A stretch of DNA of 64,000 bases from an uncultured Planctomycetota bacterium. Lineage in GTDB: Bacteria > Planctomycetota > PLA2 > JAEUHO01. Both the position numbers and the translations under genes were made by a program. Below the pieces are notes generated by a model, which was given only the letters and a program-made list of their open reading frames with translations, was not told where the DNA came from and made no database searches. The stretch spans positions 416,001 to 480,000 of the forward strand of contig CAVVXN010000001.1 in the NCBI GenBank assembly GCA_963752285.1, in the 5' to 3' direction. This document shows, one piece after another, positions 19,934 to 27,378 of the stretch (its first letter is position 1; the number at the start of each line of letters is the position of its first letter).

Positions 19934-20617
19934 GTGGCCCGTGACGACCCGAGGACCGAGCTCCACGCGCACGAGCGGCCGATCCTGCTCGTGCTCCCGT
20001 TTGGGACGCACCCGGCGGAGGGCTTCCGGGCGCTCCTCGCGCACGGGGAGATCGCCGCCTGGCACCTGCCCGCGCCGTGGGCGCTCGAACCGGCGGGGCT
20101 GGACGTCCTCGGCGCCCGACCCTCGATCGGGACCCTGGCCCCCGACGCCCTCGGGACCTACCTCGACACCCTGATCGGGCTCGCCACGCCCGAGGCGCTG
20201 GAGCAGCTCGTCCTCCGGGTCTGGCGGGAGGCGCCCGAGGAGGTCCGGGGCTTCTACCTGCGCCGACCCCTGTTCGGCACCCTGGCCCAGATGGTCGGCC
20301 TCGTCTCGAGGAGCCGGGACGTCGCGCCCCCGCCCGAGTTCGTGGAGGCGCAGGTCTCGGTCCACCGCTTCGAGCTGGAGTACCGGCTCGCCCGGGCCCC
20401 GGGCGGGGGGCGCGACCCGAGGGCGCCCGCGGAGGAGGGCTCGCTCGTCCTCTACCCGTTCGACCCGACGAACCGACTCGCGCGCCGGGAGGCCGGTCTT
20501 TCCGAGTCGGGGGGCCCACTCCTCGAGGCGTTCGCGTACGCCGAGGCGCGTGACCGCCATCGCCGCGTCCTGCGCGAGGTCGCCGTCGCGCGCGGCTGGC
20601 AGGTGCTCGACGGCTGA
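19934..20617 (+). CDS. Hypothetical protein
   Basis: Codon-biased ORF filling the gap; GTG 7 nt after a TAGGCT -10 box. Confidence 0.6.
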   Translation: MARDDPRTELHAHERPILLVLPFGTHPAEGFRALLAHGEIAAWHLPAPWALEPAGLDVLGARPSIGTLAPDALGTYLDTLIGLATPEALEQLVLRVWREAPEEVRGFYLRRPLFGTLAQMVGLVSRSRDVAPPPEFVEAQVSVHRFELEYRLARAPGGGRDPRAPAEEGSLVLYPFDPTNRLARREAGLSESGGPLLEAFAYAEARDRHRRVLREVAVARGWQVLDG

Positions 20618-20621
20618 CCCG

Positions 20622-22316
20622 TCAGGGCGCGAGGACGAGCGTGTACCGCTCGGGAGGCGCGCGGTCCCCGCCCGGGACGACCTCGAGGTCGAGCGCGCGC
20701 GTGGGGTAGGGCTCCCCCACCAGGGTCGCGGCGTCGATCGCCACCTCCGCCGATCGCCCGGTCTGCGCCAGACGGGGCCGGCCGCGGTCCGCACGGACGG
20801 CCGGCCCACCCTCCGAGAGCGCGATCCGGGTCGTCCCGCCGACCGCGTCCCCGAGCACGACCTCCTTCGGGAACGGGGCCCTCAGGCCGAGCACGAGGCG
20901 GTGGCCGTCCGAGAGGACGAGGACGCCACCGACACGGACGGCGTACGACCACGCCGCCTCGTCGAGCCGACCGTCGAGGACGACGGGCGCGGGGACCCGC
21001 GGCACGAGGCGCGCGCCCGACGCGTTCGCGGCGACGCGGTCGGCGTCCCGTCCGATCGCTGCCGACAGGGGACGCATCCAGGGCACCGCGTCGTGGGTGC
21101 GGCGCGCCTCGGCCCCGAGACGCGCGGCGCTCTCCCGGAGGAACGCCACGGGGTCCTCGGCGCCGGGCGGCAGGAGGGGGAGGAGGATCGGCTCCCAGGG
21201 CTCGGGTCCGGCCTCGCGTCCGAACCAGGCCGCGTCCAGCAGGTCGTCCGCGTCCGTCATCCCCCCGACCACGATCCCCGCGAAGCGCGACGAGAGGTCC
21301 GCCGGGCGTCCCGGCGGCAGGCAGGGCACGCGGGGCGGGGCGCCGGGGGCGTCGAGGGGGGCGAAGAACCCTTCGTAGAGGAGCAGCGAGCCGCCCGCCT
21401 CGCGCCGCCGGGCCTCGACCTGCCCGGGCTCCGGACCCTCCGGCGGGATCCGCCAGGCCCACGCGATCCCCGGTACCGCTACGAGCGGCGCGCTCGACGA
21501 GGCGGGGACCACGACGAGGCGCTCGAGGCCGCTCCCTCTGAGCGCGGCTTCGAGCGGCGACCGCGCGCGCCGCGGGGTGAGCGCCGCGTTCGCCAGGACG
21601 ACGGCGCCTTCGACGGCGCCGCGCGCCGGCCAGCTCGCGAGTCGACGTCCCGCCGCGCGTACCTCGTCGCGCGTGCGCGCCGTCACGCGCGGCACGGGGA
21701 CGACGCCGCGCGGCGCGAGCCGGAGGAGCGCCGCCCGGATCTCGTCCTCGCTCGCGCGGTCGAGGTCGATCCACACGGCGTCGGCCCGGTGGCGGAGCGC
21801 CGTCTCGACCGCCTCCGCGAGGTGCGCGCCACCGTCGATCGCGCGCCGCGCGTAGCCAGGCGTCACCCGCCGGACGCCCTCGGGGATGCCGAGTCCCGGA
21901 CCCTCGGGCGCGCGCCCGAGCGCCGCGTCCCGCGCGGCGCCCAGATCGGAGCGCGCGGCGAGCAGCGCGGCCGCGCCGTCGGCCAGGACGACGCCGACGG
22001 GCCGGTCGCCGTCCCACCACCCGGCGACGACGTAGCCGCCGGCGAGGTCCTCGCCCGGGTCGATCACGCCGAGCGCCTCGCCGAGGTCGCGGGCCCGCGG
22101 GTCGCGGTCGATCAGGCCGAGGACCAGCAGCGGCCCGTCGGGCAGCGGCCACGCGAGCGCGGACGGCGCGCGCCCACGGGGCAGGTCGGCGGCCCACGCC
22201 GACGGCACGCCCGGCGACGCGAGAACGGTGGCGCCGTCCAGCGCGAGGTCGCCTCGGGCGCGCGGGGCGAGGCACGTCGCGAGCAGGACAAGGGCCAGGA
22301 AGGCGCCTCTCGGCAT
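20622..22316 (-). CDS. Secreted protein, possibly a degenerate GH84-like barrel with a CBM9-like C-terminal domain
   Basis: Signal peptide; PVVLDGRLDEAAW CBM9-like motif; only loose resemblance to GH20/GH84 segments. Confidence 0.45.
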   Translation of the reverse strand: MPRGAFLALVLLATCLAPRARGDLALDGATVLASPGVPSAWAADLPRGRAPSALAWPLPDGPLLVLGLIDRDPRARDLGEALGVIDPGEDLAGGYVVAGWWDGDRPVGVVLADGAAALLAARSDLGAARDAALGRAPEGPGLGIPEGVRRVTPGYARRAIDGGAHLAEAVETALRHRADAVWIDLDRASEDEIRAALLRLAPRGVVPVPRVTARTRDEVRAAGRRLASWPARGAVEGAVVLANAALTPRRARSPLEAALRGSGLERLVVVPASSSAPLVAVPGIAWAWRIPPEGPEPGQVEARRREAGGSLLLYEGFFAPLDAPGAPPRVPCLPPGRPADLSSRFAGIVVGGMTDADDLLDAAWFGREAGPEPWEPILLPLLPPGAEDPVAFLRESAARLGAEARRTHDAVPWMRPLSAAIGRDADRVAANASGARLVPRVPAPVVLDGRLDEAAWSYAVRVGGVLVLSDGHRLVLGLRAPFPKEVVLGDAVGGTTRIALSEGGPAVRADRGRPRLAQTGRSAEVAIDAATLVGEPYPTRALDLEVVPGGDRAPPERYTLVLAP

Positions 22317-22373
22317 TCCGAGAGCCTACGCGGGCGTGCGCGAACCTCGTAGGGGTCCGCCTACAATCGCCCC

Positions 22374-23072
22374 GTGACGCGCGCGGCGATCCTGGTGGTG
22401 GGAGACGAGATCCTGGCCGGGGAGGTCACGGACCGGAACGGCGCCCTGGTGCTGAGCGTGCTCCCGGCGGCCGGCGTGCCGGTCGTCCGCCTCGTCGCGG
22501 TGCCCGACCGCGAAGAGGACATCGTGGACGAGCTCGGGCGCCTGCGCGCGCTCGCGGACGTGGTGATCGTGTCGGGCGGGATCGGCCCCACCCACGACGA
22601 CGTCACGCGGCCCGCCGTCGCGCGCGCGCTGGGCGTCCCCCTCGAGACGCATCCGGACGCCGAGCGACGGATCCGCGCGTGGTACGCGGACCGCGCGACC
22701 GACGCCGAGCTCGGGATGGGCGTCCTGCCGGCCGGGGCCCGCCTCCTCCCCGGAGAGCGGACGGGGACGTTCGGCTTCGAGATCGGTGGGGTGCACGTGC
22801 TGCCGGGCGTGCCGTTGCTCTTCGCGGACATCCTGAAGCCGCTCGCCGCGACCCTGCCCGCCCGGACGACGTACCGCGAGGTGCTCTCGACCGGCCGTCG
22901 CGAGGGCGAGATCGCGCCCTCGCTCGCGGCGGTGCAGGGCCGTTCGCCCGACGTGGCGATCGGCTCGTACCCGGTCCTCGAGGACGGCCGGTGGCACGTC
23001 CGCGTCGTCCTCCGCGCGATCGACCCCGACCGTCTCGCGGCGGTCGCGCGCGAGGTCCGCGCCGTGCTCTGA
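22374..23072 (+). CDS. CinA/molybdopterin-binding (MocF-like) domain protein
   Basis: GDEILAG..DRN, SGGIGPTHDDVT, LPGVP, IGSYP. Confidence 0.88.
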   Translation: MTRAAILVVGDEILAGEVTDRNGALVLSVLPAAGVPVVRLVAVPDREEDIVDELGRLRALADVVIVSGGIGPTHDDVTRPAVARALGVPLETHPDAERRIRAWYADRATDAELGMGVLPAGARLLPGERTGTFGFEIGGVHVLPGVPLLFADILKPLAATLPARTTYREVLSTGRREGEIAPSLAAVQGRSPDVAIGSYPVLEDGRWHVRVVLRAIDPDRLAAVAREVRAVL

Positions 23073-23285
23073 CCCGGGGACCGTCCGGGAACGACTGTCC
23101 CCCGTTCCACGCGCCTTCACGCCGTCTGCGGCCCCTCCTCGGGCGCGAATTCCTCGACGTAGCTGGCGCTACGCCTGCGGATCCGCTTCCTCGTCGTGAC
23201 CCCATCCGACGCGAATGCGAGCGTCCTTGGTACCCCTCGTTCCCGGACGGGCCCCGGGGCCCGTCCGCGCGGGTGCCGAACGAAG

Positions 23286-23320
23286 CCGGGCGGCGCCCAC
23301 GTTCGAGGGACGCCGCCCGG
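23286..23320 (-). terminator. Hairpin immediately downstream of tRNA-Ala
   Basis: Perfect 10-bp stem ccgggcggcg/cgccgcccgg, starting 7 nt after the CCA end. Confidence 0.6.
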
Positions 23321-23327
23321 AGGGAGA

Positions 23328-23403
23328 TGGTGGAGCTGAGGGGACTCGGACCCCTTACCTCCTGATTGCGAACCAGGCGCTCTACCAGATGAGCTACAGC
23401 CCC
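23328..23403 (-). tRNA. tRNA-Ala(CGC)
   Basis: GGGGCTGTAGCTCATCTGGTAGAGCGCCTGGTTCGCAATCAGGAGGTAAGGGGTCCGAGTCCCCTCAGCTCCACCA; cloverleaf, G3:U70 identity pair, encoded CCA. Confidence 0.95.
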
Positions 23404-23468
23404 ATGGGGTGCCCGACGGTACCCGCTCGCCCGGCCGGGTCAAGGGCCGGGCGGGCGCGGGGTCGCGG

Positions 23469-24854
23469 TCAGCGATCGTCCCCGGCGGCCTGGGCCGCGA
23501 GCGCGACGAGGAACGGAAGGGGCTGGTCGGCCAGGCACTTGAGGATCGTCCCGCCCGCGGTGAACGCGTGCGTCACGTCCCCGATCGAGCCGAACCGCTC
23601 GAGGGCGGCGCGTCCCTCGCCGCCGCCCACGTACACCTCGATCCCGTCCTTGGCGAGGTGCTGCAGGGTCCGCACCAGCGCCTCGGTGCCGCCGGCGAAG
23701 GTGATCACCTCGAACTTGCCCATCACCCCGTTGTGGAACGCGACGCGGCGCTTCGTCCGCACGGCCCAGGCGCGCATGCGCTCGTCGAAGAGCGCGCGCG
23801 TCACGGGCCCGACGTCGAGCTGCCACTGGTCGTCGGGGATGTGTTCCGAGACCGTGCCGTCGTCGAGGACGAAGTCCTTCGGCAGCACGACCTCCACCCG
23901 CCGGCGCTCCGCCTCCTCCAGGAGCCGGCGGGCCGTCTCGACGGCCGAGGGGGGCACGTACGCCTTCTCCTCCTTGTTCTCCTCGCGCCCTGCCGCGCCG
24001 ATCGAGACCTCCTCGCCGCGCAGCTCGCCCCGGGCCTTCGCGAGGGCCATGGCCAGGCTCCCGCCCGCCACGATCGTCTCGACGCGGCCCTGCTGCACGA
24101 TGCCGTGGAGCTGCTTCAGCTTGTCGAGCTTCAGGCCGGAGAACACGACGAGCCCCGCCTCGCGGGCGCGGAGCGCGTGCTCCCTCAGCTCTCGCTGCGT
24201 GAAGGCGCCGAGCGCGACCCGGCCCATCGCGAGCGGGAGAGCCGTCGTCGAGAAGTCCTTGTTGCCGGCCGCGATCGCGTCGTTCACGTACACCGTCGCG
24301 CCCTGGCGGAAGGCGCCCGCGATGCGGCGGAAGTCGTCGGCGACGTCGTCGAGTCCCTCCTCGACGGTCTTCCAGAGCCGCATCTCGAAGCTGTAGCGCC
24401 GCAGGTTCTCGAAGACGAGGAAGTGCCCCGGCTTCAAGCCCTCGATCGCCTTGACGGCCACCCCCGAGAGCGCCTCCGCGCGCTCGTCGAACCAGTCGCG
24501 GATGAACGGCCCGCAGCTCGGCTCCGTGTCGCGGAGCTTCTGGTACACGTACTCCAGGGTGAGGTCGGGCTTCCGGCCGCGGTGCCCGATCACGAGCATC
24601 CGCCACCCGTGCTCCCGCCCGAACGCCAGCGTCTCGTGGAGGCCGGCCAGGCGGGGGTCGTCCCCGATGACGCCGTCGCGGTCGGCGACGTCGAGGTCCG
24701 CACGCACCCAGACCGGGGTTCCCCGGGGCAGGTCCGCGAGATCTTCGAGCGCCGGGATCGAGGGCAGGAGGTGCTCGATGCTCGCCTCCGCCTCGCCGAA
24801 GCCGGTGGCCCGGCGGAGCGCGTCCGTGAATGTCTGGTCGTGGAGCTGCGGCAT
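23469..24854 (-). CDS. pgk: Phosphoglycerate kinase family protein (divergent)
   Basis: VRADLDV, GHRGR, FENLR, YVNDA, DVGP, NGVMGKFE, VGGGE, TAGG in PGK order. Confidence 0.8.
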   Translation of the reverse strand: MPQLHDQTFTDALRRATGFGEAEASIEHLLPSIPALEDLADLPRGTPVWVRADLDVADRDGVIGDDPRLAGLHETLAFGREHGWRMLVIGHRGRKPDLTLEYVYQKLRDTEPSCGPFIRDWFDERAEALSGVAVKAIEGLKPGHFLVFENLRRYSFEMRLWKTVEEGLDDVADDFRRIAGAFRQGATVYVNDAIAAGNKDFSTTALPLAMGRVALGAFTQRELREHALRAREAGLVVFSGLKLDKLKQLHGIVQQGRVETIVAGGSLAMALAKARGELRGEEVSIGAAGREENKEEKAYVPPSAVETARRLLEEAERRRVEVVLPKDFVLDDGTVSEHIPDDQWQLDVGPVTRALFDERMRAWAVRTKRRVAFHNGVMGKFEVITFAGGTEALVRTLQHLAKDGIEVYVGGGEGRAALERFGSIGDVTHAFTAGGTILKCLADQPLPFLVALAAQAAGDDR

Positions 24855-24998
24855 GGTGGCCCCCGCGGCGAAGGAGCGCCAAAGAGCATAGCCCCGCGGC
24901 CGGTCGGGGTCGCGTCCGCGCCCGCCGCCGGACCGGGGCGGAGGCGAACGGGGCCGTGGTCGGAGGACGGGCGCACCCCGTCGGTAGACTGAGCGCCC

Positions 24999-25838
24999 AT
25001 GTCGCCGCTCGAGGCCGCCGCCGATCGATCCGCGCCCGAGCCCGTGGTCGAGGTGAAGGACCTCGTCGCGTCCTACGGCGAGCAGAGGATCCTGAACGGC
25101 GTGGACCTGGTCGTGCACCGCGGTGAGGTGATGGCGATCCTCGGCGGGAGCGGCTCGGGGAAGTCCACGCTGCAGAAGTGCGTGCTCGGCATCCACCGGC
25201 CCGACCGCGGCACCGTGCGTGTCCTCGGGCGCGACATCTGGGCCGCCTCGCCCGACGAGCGCGACGAGATCTACAAGAAGGTCGGGATCGTGTACCAGGG
25301 GGGGGCGCTCTTCGGCTCGCTCTCGGTGGCCGACAACGTCGCACTCCCCCTCCGCGAGCACACGAGCCTGGCCGAGAAGATCGTCAATATCGCGATGCGC
25401 ATGAAACTCGGTCTCGTCGGCCTCTCCGGGTTCGAGGACCGCCTGCCGGCCGAGCTGTCGGGCGGGCAGGCGAAGCGGGTCGCGTTCGCCCGCGCGATCG
25501 CGATGGACCCCGAGGTCCTGTTCTGCGACGAGCCGTCGGCCGGTCTCGACCCGCGGATCGCTCGCGGCATCGACGACCTGATCCTGAACCTCAACAAGGC
25601 GTTCAACATGGCCGTCGTGGTGGTGACGCACGAGATGGAGTCGGTGCGCATCATCGCCGATCGCATCACGATGCTCGTCCCGCGCGCGGGCGGTGCGAAG
25701 GTCGCGTTCCAGGGCACGTACGACGAGATGACGAAGTGCGAGGACCCCGCCGTGCGCGACTTCGTGGCGCGCGCGCCGCTGCAGGAGCCGCGGGCGGAGG
25801 CGCGCGAGATCCTGAAGCAGCTGACGGGCGAGGAGTAG
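24999..25838 (+). CDS. mlaF: MlaF/Ttg2A-type ABC ATP-binding protein
   Basis: GGSGSGKST, YQGGALFGSLSVADNVALPLREH, LSGGQAKR, DEPSAGLDP. Confidence 0.85.
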   Translation: MSPLEAAADRSAPEPVVEVKDLVASYGEQRILNGVDLVVHRGEVMAILGGSGSGKSTLQKCVLGIHRPDRGTVRVLGRDIWAASPDERDEIYKKVGIVYQGGALFGSLSVADNVALPLREHTSLAEKIVNIAMRMKLGLVGLSGFEDRLPAELSGGQAKRVAFARAIAMDPEVLFCDEPSAGLDPRIARGIDDLILNLNKAFNMAVVVVTHEMESVRIIADRITMLVPRAGGAKVAFQGTYDEMTKCEDPAVRDFVARAPLQEPRAEAREILKQLTGEE

Positions 25839-26753
25839 GTGGCCGACACGGTCGTACTGCGCCTCGGCGACGCCGCGGGGCGACGGCTCTACGACGCGCT
25901 CGGTCGCGAGCCGTTCCAGTTCGTGCCCGTGCCCCATGCGCACTGGAGCGCCCGCGGCGGCGAGGTGGTCGCGACCTTGTACCGGTCGGGCAAGCTCGTC
26001 GTGCAGGGGCGCGGCGCGGCCGGGTTCGTGGAGCGATTCCTCGCCGACGTGCCGCGCGCCGCGTCCGCGCCGTCGCCTGCGCCCGACGACGACGGCGTGG
26101 GCGCGCTCGACGTGCCGACGATCGGCACCGACGAGTCGGGGAAGGGCGACTACTTCGGACCGCTCGTCGTCGCGGCGGCGTTGGTCCGCCCCGAGGACCT
26201 CGCGTTCCTCGAGCCCCTGGGCGTCACGGACTCCAAGCTCGCGACGGCGGGCCGGATCCGGCGCGCGGAGGGTGCGCTCCTCGGGCGGCTCCCGCACGCC
26301 GTCCGCGTGCTCGGGCCGAGCGCGTACAACGACGCGTACGCCGTCACGGGGAACCTGAACGTCCTCCTCGGACGCCTCCACGCCGAGGTGATCGAGGAAG
26401 TCCTCGCCGCCGCCTCGGGCGGGGCAGCGCGCATCGTCATCGACCGGTTCGGCGACCCGCGCCACGTGCGCTCGCACTTCTCCACGCGGACCCGGGCCCT
26501 CCCGTTCGCGATGCCCGTGCGCGGCGAGCGGAACCCCGCGGTGGCGGCGGCGTCGTTCCTCGCCCGCGCCGCGTTCCTCCGCGCGTTCGACGAGCTGAAG
26601 GCCCTCGCGGGCGACGAGCTGTACCTCGGTGCGAGCGATCCCCGGATCGTGCCCCTCGCGCGGCGGCTCGTCCGCGAGGGGGGCGAGGCCTGGCTCGCGC
26701 GCTTCGCGAAGCTCCACTTCAAGCTGACCGATCGCGCGCGCGGCCGGTCCTGA
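25839..26753 (+). CDS. rnhC: Ribonuclease HIII
   Basis: N-terminal TBP-like domain (TLYRSGKLVVQG), IGTDESGKGDYFGP, DSK, VAAASFLAR, AKLHFK. Confidence 0.9.
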   Translation: MADTVVLRLGDAAGRRLYDALGREPFQFVPVPHAHWSARGGEVVATLYRSGKLVVQGRGAAGFVERFLADVPRAASAPSPAPDDDGVGALDVPTIGTDESGKGDYFGPLVVAAALVRPEDLAFLEPLGVTDSKLATAGRIRRAEGALLGRLPHAVRVLGPSAYNDAYAVTGNLNVLLGRLHAEVIEEVLAAASGGAARIVIDRFGDPRHVRSHFSTRTRALPFAMPVRGERNPAVAAASFLARAAFLRAFDELKALAGDELYLGASDPRIVPLARRLVREGGEAWLARFAKLHFKLTDRARGRS

Positions 26754-26782
26754 GCCCCGGGCGGTCGCGGACCGCCCGGGGC
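26754..26782. terminator. Bidirectional terminator hairpin between convergent rnhC and idi
   Basis: Perfect 13-bp stem gccccgggcggtc/gaccgcccggggc with 3-nt loop. Confidence 0.65.
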
Positions 26783-26786
26783 GCGC

Positions 26787-27377
26787 TCAGCGCGGCAGCC
26801 AGGCGGCGACGCGGTCCGCGAGGTCGCCGCGGAGCCGCGACCACTCCATGCGGAACCAGGGCGTGAACGCCTCCGGCTCGCGCGCGACCCAGCGGTCGAG
26901 CTCCGGGGGCGTGACCCAACGCCACGAGGCGATCTCGGTCTCGTTGGGGCGCACCGGGCCCTCCGCGCGCCCGACGTAGACGGCGCACAGCTCGCTCTCG
27001 CTGCCGTGGTCGTCGTAGCGGGCGTGGTACTGGAAGCGGTACACGAACTCGAGGCTCGCGCCGACGCCGAGCTCCTCCTCGACGCGTCGTCGCGCGGCGT
27101 CGCCCTCGGTCTCGCCGCGCCGCGGGTGGCTGCACACGCTGTTCGACCAGTAGAGCGGCCACAGGCGCTTGCCGTCCGCGCGCTGCTGCAGCAGCACGCG
27201 CCCCTCGTCGTCGAAGAGGAAGACCGAGAACGCGCGGTGCAGGATCCCCTCGCCCTCGTGGCACTCGGCCTTCGAGCGGTGGCCCAGCACCCGGTTCTCC
27301 TCGTCCACGACGATCAGGGGCTCGTCGTCGAAGGAGACCCGTCGGGAGGCGTCGTCGCCGGGTCGGGGTTCGGTCAC
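26787..27377 (-). CDS. idi: Isopentenyl-diphosphate delta-isomerase, type 1
   Basis: HRAFSVF, LLQQRA, WSNSVCSHP, EEELG, ESELC, FTPW. Confidence 0.95.
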   Translation of the reverse strand: MTEPRPGDDASRRVSFDDEPLIVVDEENRVLGHRSKAECHEGEGILHRAFSVFLFDDEGRVLLQQRADGKRLWPLYWSNSVCSHPRRGETEGDAARRRVEEELGVGASLEFVYRFQYHARYDDHGSESELCAVYVGRAEGPVRPNETEIASWRWVTPPELDRWVAREPEAFTPWFRMEWSRLRGDLADRVAAWLPR

Positions 27378-27378
27378 G

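Noticed and set aside
23073..23258. Retron msr-msd or integrative-element att site interpretation of the inverted repeats
   Set aside because: No reverse transcriptase, integrase or duplicated tRNA 3' end in the window
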